DNA from: Candidatus Bathyarchaeia archaeon
Lineage (GTDB): Archaea; Thermoproteota; Bathyarchaeia; Bathyarchaeales; Bathycorpusculaceae
DNA length: 27,411 bases
NCBI GenBank assembly: GCA_050015395.1
Contig: JBEKBM010000030.1
Coordinates: 1 to 27,411 of the forward strand
Direction: 5' to 3'
Position 1 is the stretch's first letter. Each line of letters starts with the position of its first letter. The position numbers and the translations under genes are program-made. The notes beneath the pieces are model-generated. The model was not told the origin of the DNA and did no database searches. It worked only from the letters and a program-made list of their open reading frames with translations. This document shows positions 8,408 to 17,532 of this stretch, piece by piece.

Positions 8408-8451
8408 CCTTTCCCTCTCCAAGGTTCGAGCATCAAATCCTGCATGTGCAC
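8408..8451 (+). repeat. degenerate copy of the tRNA-Leu 3' half (possible att remnant)
   Basis: Colinear blocks CCTTTCCC, GGTTCG, AATCCTGC, GCAC at offsets 0/15/28/40, versus 0/13/27/40 in the tRNA (from 7055). Confidence 0.55.
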
Positions 8452-8725
8452 AACCGGTCTCGTTTTGACCTTATCTTTAAAATTTGTAATAAAATTTAAC
8501 CATTTTTCAAAGTAATGATTTAAATTTTTTTAACCTTGCACAAATCAAGTATTTAGACGAAAATAATGAGCGGAATGTATAAAAAAATGAGCGATTTTTA
8601 AATTTTCTGAGACAGGAGCGTTAGAACAATCAGCGGAGCAGAAAAAACTGCTTTCAAAGGCAAAGGAAATTCTTAAGCTAAATAGCTCTTCTTTGATTGA
8701 TTAATAGCTGCTGGTTTTTTCTTGC

Positions 8726-9550
8726 TTAGAAGCCTAAGAGTGCCAGAGTTATCAGGACAACTCCAAGGGCAAAGGTATACACGGCAAAGTAATGGTACTT
8801 CTTGTTTAACACAAGCTTTTTCACCAGCACGATGGCAAAATAGCCTGCAATCACCGTAAATACCAAACCCACCAAAAGATTCAGTGAACTGACGCCGACA
8901 CCTTGAGAAACCAAGCTTCCTCGCTCGAGGTAGGCATCAACGCCTAAATCGCCTATTATAGCGGGAATAGATAGTAAGAATGAGAACTTGAAAGCCATTT
9001 CCCGCTTGACGCCTTGCAGAAGCCCGCTTGAAATTGTTGAACCGCTTCTTGATAGTCCCGGAAAACTTGCGGCTCCTTGGGCAGCCCCCATGACAAGTGC
9101 TTTTCGGTATGAAACTTGAGTTTGATTTTCCTTGCCGAATTTGGAGGAAAACAGCAGGGTCGCGCCGACTAGAAAAGTGATCCCCATGATCAAGAATGTT
9201 TGATAATTGTCTGCCAGAAACTTATCGTAGAGCAAGCCTATTATGCCCGTGGGGATAGAAGCAACAACAATTAAAGGGATAAATCTGCCATACTCTGAGT
9301 GAAAATCCAGATGCACAAGATCAGTAAGTATGATTTTGATCTCACGCCTAAAATAAAATATTACAACCGAAAGCGTGCCTATATGCAAAAATACGTTAAA
9401 GAGCGGTGTTGCTTGAAAACCCAAGAAATACTCGGCAATTCTCAGATGAGCAGTGCTTGAGATGGGCAGCCACTCTGACACACCCTGAATCAAACCAAGG
9501 ATTATTACTGTGAATAGCTGGTTAAGCAACAAACGCTGGGGCACCTGCAA
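8726..9550 (-). CDS. uppP: undecaprenyl-diphosphate phosphatase (BacA/UppP family)
   Basis: LGLIQGVSEWLPISSTAHL and PGLSRSGSTI motifs, FSFLLSIPAI; polytopic membrane protein. Exact start uncertain. Confidence 0.93.
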   Translation of the reverse strand: MQVPQRLLLNQLFTVIILGLIQGVSEWLPISSTAHLRIAEYFLGFQATPLFNVFLHIGTLSVVIFYFRREIKIILTDLVHLDFHSEYGRFIPLIVVASIPTGIIGLLYDKFLADNYQTFLIMGITFLVGATLLFSSKFGKENQTQVSYRKALVMGAAQGAASFPGLSRSGSTISSGLLQGVKREMAFKFSFLLSIPAIIGDLGVDAYLERGSLVSQGVGVSSLNLLVGLVFTVIAGYFAIVLVKKLVLNKKYHYFAVYTFALGVVLITLALLGF

Positions 9551-9779
9551 ATATTTTTGTGTTGGCTACAGTTAGCGTATTCTTATTAATAGCTTTTGCA
9601 AAAATCTCACATCATGCCCTATACCGTTAATATTCAGTTTTTAGCCGCCAAGTCCTTGAAAAAGAATCGAAAAGGAGCAAGAATGTAAAAAACCAAGCGG
9701 CGGCATGTTCAAAAAAACAAAATTTTTTAGGTATAGATATTAACCTTGGTTTACTTTTATTCTTGAAGCGTGGATTAAA

Positions 9780-10190
9780 ATGAGTGTTAGGCTGCAAATT
9801 TTCGAGCATAACGGTAAGGATGATAATCCTTTTCGAAGAAACTTTCGCTTCGCTGTTGTTGACTACAGTAAGTCTCAGAGTTACCCCTCAAACTTCGTTT
9901 GCATGTTACCGTTAAAATTAGGCGTGGGAAAACCAGATAGCGTTTTCTTGAAGGTTTACGGGAACAGAAGTTTAGAACAAGCTAAAATATTGTTAACTGG
10001 AGCTTTGAAGGCCGAAAATGATGCTGAAATCAAAGCTGAAATTGAAAGAAGACTAAAACTGCTTGATCCTACACATTCAACGCAAATCAAGTGCAGTTCC
10101 TGCGGCAAACTTTTTCAGCCTCAAAGAATAAGACGGTATAAAAAAAATTTTTGCCAAGTTTGCATGAGAAAAAGGTACGGAAACCGATAA
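9780..10190 (+). CDS. hypothetical protein with C-terminal zinc ribbon
   Basis: CSSC...CQVC at the C-terminus; 136-aa ATG-started ORF. Confidence 0.7.
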   Translation: MSVRLQIFEHNGKDDNPFRRNFRFAVVDYSKSQSYPSNFVCMLPLKLGVGKPDSVFLKVYGNRSLEQAKILLTGALKAENDAEIKAEIERRLKLLDPTHSTQIKCSSCGKLFQPQRIRRYKKNFCQVCMRKRYGNR

Positions 10191-10321
10191 GTTACTCTCG
10201 TTTTGCGCAGCCTTTTTAGTGGTCTGAGACAGGGTTAACTTTAGAATTTTGATATTAACATTTTATTAAAATTAGCCATATTGCTCGAACGTATACCATT
10301 TAACATTTGGCAAAACCAAAC

Positions 10322-10576
10322 TTAATCTTTTGATTCAATCATTCCGTTTGGGTGCTTTCCCATCCAGTCCAAGGCGAAGGCTTCGGCTTTAGTCTCCTTG
10401 GAGAACTCGGGCGAGATTTTTTTACTCTCAGCTTCATCCGTTTGCTCTCCAGCAAAGAGCAATACATGGTAGTTTGCACTGAATTCTCTTTTGGAAACAA
10501 TTAGAGTTTGCCCTGTGTTTTCGTTAACATAGCCGCCTTGATTGCTTATTTTCTTCCATCCTTTAATGATCTTCAA
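10322..10576 (-). CDS. hypothetical protein, 84 aa
   Basis: Protein-like composition, GAAGGCG SD-like sequence upstream, co-oriented with upstream small genes. Confidence 0.65.
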   Translation of the reverse strand: MKIIKGWKKISNQGGYVNENTGQTLIVSKREFSANYHVLLFAGEQTDEAESKKISPEFSKETKAEAFALDWMGKHPNGMIESKD

Positions 10577-10662
10577 ATTATTCGCCTTCTTGTAAGCCTA
10601 TTACAAGCCTTCATGCCATTAGAAATAGAAGTTAAAGTAAATAAAAGGCGTTTAGGCTACTG

Positions 10663-10857
10663 CTATCTTCGTCGTGCCCACGCCTGTTTTGGCTCAAAAT
10701 TAGCGTGTGTATTTGCGGTTTTTAGGGGTTGATTGGTTAAGTGTTTGGAAAAGCAAGCTTTGCAGTAAACTGGCTTGCCTGGAGTAGGCTTGAAGGGTAC
10801 AATTGCGATTTGATTGCAAGAAGTACATTTTACCTCATAAACATTCCTTTGAGACAT
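10663..10857 (-). CDS. CxxC-x17-CxxC zinc-ribbon protein
   Basis: CTSC-NQIAIVPFKPTPGKPVY(17)-CKAC with the VPFKP and PVYC signatures; GAGGTGA SD. Confidence 0.9.
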   Translation of the reverse strand: MSQRNVYEVKCTSCNQIAIVPFKPTPGKPVYCKACFSKHLTNQPLKTANTHANFEPKQAWARRR

Positions 10858-10924
10858 TATTTCACCTCGTTTATCCTACAGTAAGAAAAATTTAGCCTTA
10901 GAATTCGGGAATCTTGATTATGAA

Positions 10925-11059
10925 TTAAGCCTTTTCGCCTTTTTTCTTGTTATCGGTAAAGCTTTTCTTTGATGCTTTCTTCCTATATACACAATTTAGC
11001 CGTACAGAAGACTTGCATCTGCGACAGTTCTTAACTAAACCCGCTCTCAATATACACAT
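10925..11059 (-). CDS. small basic 4-Cys protein, 44 aa (absent from the ORF track)
   Basis: MCILRAGLVKNCRRCKSSVRLNCVYRKKASKKSFTDNKKKGEKA*; GAGGT SD upstream of the ATG; co-oriented with the CxxC-x17-CxxC gene. Confidence 0.55.
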   Translation of the reverse strand: MCILRAGLVKNCRRCKSSVRLNCVYRKKASKKSFTDNKKKGEKA

Positions 11060-11394
11060 TTACATTTACCTCAATATTTTTTTGAAAAGAATCAGTTATA
11101 CGAAGGGGTAAGCCTAAGAGGATAAGAGAAACTCTTCAACCTATGAATTCTCTCACCATGCTTATAAAGCCATGCCACAGAAAAATGCTTTTTTAAAATG
11201 ATAAAAAGTTTTGCGGTAAATTTAACAAACGTAAAATAAACCATAGAAAAACGATTTACTCCTTAGCTATGCTAATATAGTTCTACACACCTTTTTGTGT
11301 AAGGATTGGAATTCTTTAGGGGAAGAGTTAGATCGGCCATTCGCAAGTTTACTTTTTCTCCAGACTGTTCTATAAAAAAGAAGTGCAGAGAAAA

Positions 11395-11700
11395 ATGGGT
11401 AAAAGGAAAATTACAAATGAGGGCAACCTCGAAAGGATGGTTATACCTTCCTCAAATGACGTATTAGGCGTAGCCGTAAAGATGCTTGGCGCCGAAAGAA
11501 TCATGGTTAAATGCCAAGATGGCAAAGAACGATTATGTCGAGTTCGTGGGAAACTAAAAAGGCGTGTATGGATTCGAGAAGGAGACATCGTTTTGATTTC
11601 ACCTTGGGATTTTCAGAAAGAAACCAGAGGCGACATATTCTGGCGTTACCGTAAAAACCAGTCAGATTGGCTTAGAGACCACAATTATCTCACAATGTAA
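11395..11700 (+). CDS. eif1a: translation initiation factor aIF-1A
   Basis: [54 protein letters not shown]; ATG at 11395 preferred over GTG at 11383. Confidence 0.96.
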   Translation: MGKRKITNEGNLERMVIPSSNDVLGVAVKMLGAERIMVKCQDGKERLCRVRGKLKRRVWIREGDIVLISPWDFQKETRGDIFWRYRKNQSDWLRDHNYLTM

Positions 11701-11717
11701 GCAAAGAGGCAAAAAAA

Positions 11718-11894
11718 ATAATCTTAAAATGTTTAGAATGCGGAAATACTTTCAAAATAAATGATGTTAAAGAGGGCGAGATAGTTGCCTGCCCGATTTG
11801 TGAAGCTGACTATAAAGTGGTAGTTAAAGGTGGAAAAGTTCGGTTAGAAGAGTACGTGTATGAAACCGAAGACTTAGGCGAATTATCAAAATAA
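11718..11894 (+). CDS. LysW-like zinc-ribbon protein with a non-canonical (probably ATA) start and atypical C-terminus
   Basis: [58 protein letters not shown]. No ATG/GTG/TTG in frame between the upstream TAG (11673-11675) and the first CxxC; GAGG at 11706-11709. Confidence 0.75.
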   Translation: MILKCLECGNTFKINDVKEGEIVACPICEADYKVVVKGGKVRLEEYVYETEDLGELSK

Positions 11895-11942
11895 CGCTTA
11901 CTTTGGGCATTAATTTTTATTTTTAATCAAAAACAAACTGCG

Positions 11943-12212
11943 TTAACTTGCTAATTCAACCCGTGTACCTATCGCTTGACCAGGAACACCATGCGAGAAT
12001 CTTACTCGAACCATACCGTTTCTACCGTGGGCACCCATAACTCTTCCAACAAATTTATTATTGCCACTTGTCCAAGTTACCTTTTGCCCCACGAGTTTGC
12101 CCGCCAAAGATGCAGTATCAACCGTTTCAAATTCAATTAAGCATTCTCTTGATGTTTGTGATTTTGGACCTGTTCTGTAATTAACTATTCTTCCGTGTAC
12201 TATTTGGGTCAA
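11943..12212 (-). CDS. rpl35ae: 50S ribosomal protein L35Ae
   Basis: GRIVNYRTG..SQ, LVGQKVTW, GAHGRNGMVRVRF, PGQAIG. Confidence 0.93.
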   Translation of the reverse strand: MTQIVHGRIVNYRTGPKSQTSRECLIEFETVDTASLAGKLVGQKVTWTSGNNKFVGRVMGAHGRNGMVRVRFSHGVPGQAIGTRVELAS

Positions 12213-12268
12213 AATATTCGCCGCTTCGCTGCCCCTGTTAAGGTATACTAGCTTTTAAAGCTGCACTA

Positions 12269-12514
12269 TTACGCTTGGATGACGACGCCGATTTTTTGAA
12301 CAGCCAATTCTAGTAAATTTACCGCTTCCTGAACTTTCATTATTTCTTTTTCTATGGTTCCGTCTTTGTCCTTTAAACCAATACTTGTGCCGCAAACGCT
12401 GCATTGAATAGTTTCTCCTCGCTTCAGTTGTATAAGGGTCGCTTTGTTTTCATTATTGCATTTTAGGCAATGTACAGTGATACCCCATAAATCTACATTA
12501 ATCATGTTTATCAT
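12269..12514 (-). CDS. small zinc-ribbon protein with a C-terminal helix
   Basis: CLKC...CSVC followed by an amphipathic helix. Confidence 0.65.
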   Translation of the reverse strand: MINMINVDLWGITVHCLKCNNENKATLIQLKRGETIQCSVCGTSIGLKDKDGTIEKEIMKVQEAVNLLELAVQKIGVVIQA

Positions 12515-12802
12515 GTACTGGTTAGGGTGTATCTGCTCTAAAATATTGCGATAAATTTTTTTTCTGTCAGTTGTTAGGAAACTTTTAGGCGGCTATTGCT
12601 TGACCCCAATGTTACCGTTTTCCTTTTGATTTTTCGGTTTTTCAGTACTTGCTTAGAGATTGCAGCCGCCATTTCTGCCATTTTTGTCGCGGTATCATGC
12701 CCCATGCCAGGAAGCCAAGTGGAAAACCTCACAAAATGAGATACCGAATTTTGGTTTTCGAGAGCCTTTGTTTACTTAGTTTGTTTTAAGCAATAGTATC
12801 TT

Positions 12803-13723
12803 TTAGTTGGGCACATGTTTCCTCAAAAAGCCAATCCTCGAAGTTAGTAAGGGCAAGAGTTTATCTGCTGCAATGAACGCGATTGTGGCGTAGGCGATTC
12901 CGCCTAAGACGTCAGTAAAAAAGTGTTCGCCTAGGTAGACTGCGCTAAACCATGTTCCGACAGGAATCGATAACGCTGGGAGTGCTTTCCATTTCCAAAT
13001 TTTGAACGCGAAAAGAAAGACCAGCCAAGGCATAGCTGAATGCATACTGGGAAATGCAGCGTATGCATTTGGGCTTAAAAAATCAAACAAGGTCCTGTAA
13101 ACAGGAAGACCTAAGTTAGCATCAACTGACCCAGTTAAGATTCGAGTAACGTCTGGAACCGCAATCCATGGGGGTGCAACAGGGTAAAAGATGAAAGTTA
13201 TCAAGGCACTGTACGTTAATACGGCGAAGCCAACGGTGTATTTCCAGTAGTTCTTAGGGCTTTTTTTCCAAACAATATAAGCAAAGACGGTTGGTACAAA
13301 AAAATATATGCCGTAGAAAACGGCTCCCATGTAATTTAAAATAGGCATCTTTATCGTTTGTTGAAGAACAAGGCTGGGAACTTGACCGAACATTAGCACA
13401 TCGAAATTGTATGGTCCTACATGAAGGTTGTACTGTGAGATAGTGCCTATGAAACTATACATAACTTCATAAGAGACAAACACCGTAACGAATGGAAGCC
13501 AATCTTTAAGGGCATGCCAGGTCCGTTCATTATACGTACAGTAAATTAGGATGCCTAAAACTAGAAATTCAGGCCCCGGAATAATTTTGTATTCCACGCA
13601 GAAGATAGCCACGGCCACTATGTATAGTGACGATAAAAGAAGAGAGAAGAAGCGGGTAGAGTGATAATTAATATTTTTTAATGCAAGCCTGGATTTCTCG
13701 TCTTCTTCTTGTTTTTTTTCCAT
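12803..13723 (-). CDS. PAP2-superfamily membrane enzyme (Aur1/IPC-synthase-like)
   Basis: YPVAPPW, AAFPSMH and YLGEHFFTDVLGG motifs; multiple transmembrane segments. Confidence 0.88.
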   Translation of the reverse strand: MEKKQEEDEKSRLALKNINYHSTRFFSLLLSSLYIVAVAIFCVEYKIIPGPEFLVLGILIYCTYNERTWHALKDWLPFVTVFVSYEVMYSFIGTISQYNLHVGPYNFDVLMFGQVPSLVLQQTIKMPILNYMGAVFYGIYFFVPTVFAYIVWKKSPKNYWKYTVGFAVLTYSALITFIFYPVAPPWIAVPDVTRILTGSVDANLGLPVYRTLFDFLSPNAYAAFPSMHSAMPWLVFLFAFKIWKWKALPALSIPVGTWFSAVYLGEHFFTDVLGGIAYATIAFIAADKLLPLLTSRIGFLRKHVPN

Positions 13724-14067
13724 TATGTAATCGTTACCAGCAAGTTAGCTTGTTTGTTGCTTTTTAAATGCTTTTTCCCAATTCCACCCCTAAAAAACAA
13801 AATACTTAGACAAATGATGGATTAAAATAGATACCTGCAAGCCCGTACCTTAAAACAAAAGAAATATGATGGTTTATAGCCCTATATAACAGGACGCGAT
13901 GCTCTCCAGCAAAACTTTTCTTTATACTTTTGACCTAAAGCACTTTGACCTCTAAATACTCAAGGACTCAGGCTCTTTAAATAGCCATTTCGCGGGTATT
14001 CGGTTCCGTTTTTCAGCGTTAGCCACAGTGAAGCGGGGGGGCGGGTCAATTTAACTAGCGAAAACTT

Positions 14068-14246
14068 GTAGCTAAATGAGGGGAGGGGTAGGCTATTTTT
14101 AGCTAGTGAAACAAGTCTAAAAGTGAACTGCCGATGTGATAGGCGCAATTTGTTCAAGAAATTTTTCTATCAATTGGAGTATCCCTCTGTGTCAGGCAAT
14201 CCAGGAAATGGACTCCTTCAAGCAGCTATGAGGGGCAGAGTAGGCT
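14068..14246. repeat. two copies of AGCTA(AA)TGAGGGG-N4-GTAGGCT in a long intergenic region
   Basis: 14068-14094 GTAGCTAAATGAGGGGAGGGGTAGGCT and 14222-14246 GCAGCTATGAGGGGCAGAGTAGGCT. Confidence 0.7.
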
Positions 14247-14289
14247 TTAGGTGACCATTTGCTGCGCATTAAAGAGTGCAGACGAAAAT

Positions 14290-14925
14290 TTAGGCTGACA
14301 TCAAATAGCTTGAGTTGCCGTAATAAGCAACGTTTCTAGCCACGGTTCTAGCTGCATGTGAGCTTTGGCAAAGCTTGCCGATATTTGCCATGAGCTGATA
14401 AGAAGCCTTCAACGCTAAGTTCAAGTTGTTGTTTGTTAAGAATTTTGCTTCTATGTTAAGCGCTGTTCCTTGAATGTTTGCGGCTATTTGGATGCCACCG
14501 TCTTCCGTGATCCACTTTAAGGTGACGCCTTGACTATTTTCTGATATGCCTAGCCAACGTAGCAAACCGAACCATTTGCCTTTAAGCGCCAAGATGAGTT
14601 GTTGCGTCATAAGGTCTGATGGAAGGAAAGTTTGAATCAGCGGCGTTGTTGGTTCTTCTTTGCGTGCTTGGTTAAGTTTTAGTTCAGTTATCTTTGGAGT
14701 GACCCTGTAGCCTTCGGGTCCTTTTTTCACGATGCCCTCTTGCTCCAGTCGGGCAAGTATGCGAGAGAGCGTTTCCGGATGCAGTCCTGTTCTTCGTTTT
14801 AACCCGTCGAATGTGAATATAGCTAAGTCTTCGTTTTCTATTAGCGCCAATACGTCAGCATCGCGTTCGCTAAGGGAGTAGTCGGCTGGAAGGCTTTGCC
14901 AATTAACATTCAGAACAGGTATCAT
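14290..14925 (-). CDS. winged-helix DNA-binding domain protein
   Basis: FTFDGLKRRTGLHPETLSRILARLEQEGIVKK..GY wHTH plus an unassigned C-terminal domain; ATG at 14925 preferred. Confidence 0.75.
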   Translation of the reverse strand: MIPVLNVNWQSLPADYSLSERDADVLALIENEDLAIFTFDGLKRRTGLHPETLSRILARLEQEGIVKKGPEGYRVTPKITELKLNQARKEEPTTPLIQTFLPSDLMTQQLILALKGKWFGLLRWLGISENSQGVTLKWITEDGGIQIAANIQGTALNIEAKFLTNNNLNLALKASYQLMANIGKLCQSSHAARTVARNVAYYGNSSYLMSA

Positions 14926-15144
14926 TATTTTAATGTTTTTGAGACGTCGCTTTTGAATGTTATCCCATCTTTGCAAGAAAAGCAACGTTCAATATTGTTG
15001 AATACTTTGGTTAACTTAATTAAGATTGCATTTGATGGAAAGTCTAAAGAAGCCCCTTATGTCATAAGAAATAATGTTCTGTGAAGTCTTCAGCTGATTT
15101 GGGGTTTCTTGTGAAATTTTGGTTGGCGATTTTTGTTTTGATTG

Positions 15145-15798
15145 TTACCTTAAGGTCACTTTTTCGCCGGTGGCAATGTAGACTACGGCTTCCATGATGT
15201 GCGTCGCGTGATCCGCAATACGCTCAAGATATCTTACTACGAGCGTGCTGGAGATAGTGCACTCGTTCGTGACGCCTGCCTCCTCCACAAGTTTGCCCAG
15301 ATACTCAAGGTACATGTCATCTACTTCTTGCTCTGTTTTAGTCATCGTCTTAACGAGTTCCGTATCTAGGCTTTTAAGGGAGTTAATGCTTATCGTGACC
15401 ATTTGAAGAACTTTTTCAGCCATTTTCCCGATGTACTCATATATCCATTTATCACAAGTGCTTAGCCCATTGAAACGCGTGCTGATAAAGGATATGTCCC
15501 AAGCATACCTGCCGTAACGCTCAAAATCGTAGGCGACTTTCATGTAAGAGTTTATGATTCGTAAGTCAGAAGCTACAGGCTGATACTTTGCTATCAAACT
15601 AAAAGCTTTTTCCTCAACCTCAACAGTCCTGCCTACGAGAATTTCGGAGAGTTCATGCACATCCTCGGATGCGTCTTTACCTTCAAGAAATCCTCTTACT
15701 GATATTGCCACGGCTTTCTCGGCGACTTTACCCATCTTGTAAACCATTGCTGTAAATTCTTCTAAGCCTTTATCTAACAGTCTTTGCATAATGTTCAC
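15145..15798 (-). CDS. phoU: phosphate signalling protein PhoU
   Basis: QPVASDLR, DFERYGRYA, RYLERIADHATHI; last gene of the pst operon. Confidence 0.93.
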   Translation of the reverse strand: MNIMQRLLDKGLEEFTAMVYKMGKVAEKAVAISVRGFLEGKDASEDVHELSEILVGRTVEVEEKAFSLIAKYQPVASDLRIINSYMKVAYDFERYGRYAWDISFISTRFNGLSTCDKWIYEYIGKMAEKVLQMVTISINSLKSLDTELVKTMTKTEQEVDDMYLEYLGKLVEEAGVTNECTISSTLVVRYLERIADHATHIMEAVVYIATGEKVTLR

Positions 15799-15799
15799 T

Positions 15800-16567
15800 T
15801 TATCCGAACTTTCCAGTTATGTATTTTTCTGTTAATTCACTTTTTGGGTTCTCGAATACTTCTGAAGTTGTGTCAAACTCTATAAGCTGACCCAGATACA
15901 TGAAAGCAGTGAAATCCGAAACCCGAGCAGCCTGCTGCATATTATGCGTCACAATTACAATTGTAAAGTCCTTCTTAAGCGCAACAATTGACTCTTCAAT
16001 TTTAGCTGTGGCGATAGGGTCAAGAGCGGAGCAGGGCTCATCCATAAGAATAACTTCTGGCTCAACCGCAAGAGCTCGTGCTATGCATAGTCTCTGCTGT
16101 TGTCCCCCCGACAAGTTAACTCCAGGTTTCTTGAGATCATCTTTGACTTCGTCCCAGAGGAAAGCCATTCGAAGACTTCTTTCGACCACGCTGTCGAGTG
16201 TCTCTTTGTTTCTTACACCAGCGAGTTTCAAGCCTGCTATCGCATTATCATATATAGACATTGTAGGAAAGGGATTGGCCTTCTGGAAAACCATACCTAT
16301 TCTTCTGCGGATTGCAACTGGATCAACTTGTGGAGAATAAATGTTTACTCCATCTAAAATGACCTCTCCTTCGACTTTTGCATTCGGAGTCAATTCGTGA
16401 ATTCGGTTGAGGCATCTTATGAACGTAGTTTTTCCGCATCCGGAAGGACCCATAATTGCAGTTATGCTATTTTCAGGGAAGTTTAGGTTAATCCCTTTCA
16501 GAACTTGTACTTTGCCAAATCTAGCTTTCAAGTCTCTCGTTGCTAGTTTAACTGTCGATGAATCCAA
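15800..16567 (-). CDS. pstB: phosphate ABC transporter ATP-binding protein
   Basis: [51 protein letters not shown]. Confidence 0.97.
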   Translation of the reverse strand: MDSSTVKLATRDLKARFGKVQVLKGINLNFPENSITAIMGPSGCGKTTFIRCLNRIHELTPNAKVEGEVILDGVNIYSPQVDPVAIRRRIGMVFQKANPFPTMSIYDNAIAGLKLAGVRNKETLDSVVERSLRMAFLWDEVKDDLKKPGVNLSGGQQQRLCIARALAVEPEVILMDEPCSALDPIATAKIEESIVALKKDFTIVIVTHNMQQAARVSDFTAFMYLGQLIEFDTTSEVFENPKSELTEKYITGKFG

Positions 16568-16645
16568 GTTTTTATATTTACTTATTTTTAATTGTCCCTC
16601 CTAACTTGATTTTGTATGTAGCCTATTGAATTTTTGGCCGTTACC

Positions 16646-17518
16646 CTACATCTCCATTCTTGTTCCTGTTAGACTTCTTCCTATAGTAAGCTTGACCAAA
16701 AGATTCAAGCCAAGCATAATGAGTATTAGGACTAAAGCTGCTCCCCACGCCTGAGCTTGCCAAGTTGCGTACGGAGAAGTACCGTAATTGTAGATGAGAA
16801 CTGTCAATGAGGCTGTTGGCTGAAATAAACTTGTTGCAAAGTAACTGCTTGTAGCCGCTGTATATAGTAATGGAGCTGTTTCTCCTGTTGCACGCGCCAC
16901 GCCCAATAGTATGCCAGTTAAGAGCCCATTTTTCCCTGTGCTTATAACGACTCTGAGCACGGTTTTCCATCTTGGGATTCCAAGCGCCATCGAGGCTTCT
17001 CTCAATGTCATTGGGACAAGCTTAAGAGATTCATCTGTTGTCCGTGCAATGATAGGAATCATTACAAAACTCAAAGCGACACCACCTGCAAAAGCAGAAA
17101 ATTCTTTGGTAGTCAATACAATTACAATGAAAACGAACAGCCCTAATACCATTGAAGGAAATCCGGTAAGTACATCGTTCATAAAACCTGAAACGGTAGA
17201 AAGCTTAGATGAAGGCCATTCTGAAAAAAAGATGCCTGCTCCAACACCGATTGGTATGGAGATAAGGGCGGCTAAACCCACCATCGTGAAAGATCCAACT
17301 ATTGCATTGGCTATTCCTCCACCTGGAAAAGTCGGTGCAGTCGGCAAATGAGTTAGGAACCCCAAATTTATGGCTGACGCTCCCTTTATGAAAATGTCTC
17401 CGAGTATGAGTACTAAGGGTACTATTGCTAGAACTACAGCTGCGATTACTGCAATGGTCATTATCTTGTTAACAACTTTCCGCCACATCGAAATTCTCGG
17501 AGGGTTAAATTTTGTCAT
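16646..17518 (-). CDS. pstA: phosphate ABC transporter permease PstA
   Basis: LREASMALG, GVARATGETAPLL; ATG at 17518 after GAGGAG (ORF track begins at 17536). Confidence 0.95.
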   Translation of the reverse strand: MTKFNPPRISMWRKVVNKIMTIAVIAAVVLAIVPLVLILGDIFIKGASAINLGFLTHLPTAPTFPGGGIANAIVGSFTMVGLAALISIPIGVGAGIFFSEWPSSKLSTVSGFMNDVLTGFPSMVLGLFVFIVIVLTTKEFSAFAGGVALSFVMIPIIARTTDESLKLVPMTLREASMALGIPRWKTVLRVVISTGKNGLLTGILLGVARATGETAPLLYTAATSSYFATSLFQPTASLTVLIYNYGTSPYATWQAQAWGAALVLILIMLGLNLLVKLTIGRSLTGTRMEM

Positions 17519-17532
17519 TACCGTAGCTCCTC

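Noticed and set aside
12575-12733. Short minus-strand frame containing WLPGMGHD, reminiscent of an alpha/beta-hydrolase C-terminus
   Set aside because: Too short, with no other hydrolase motifs; may be chance.
13960-14280. RNase P or SRP RNA in the long G-rich spacer, and the 65-aa ORF 13960..14157
   Set aside because: No GAGGAAA(G/C)TCC or terminal P4 signature and no SRP helix 8 motif found on either strand; the ORF has no support.
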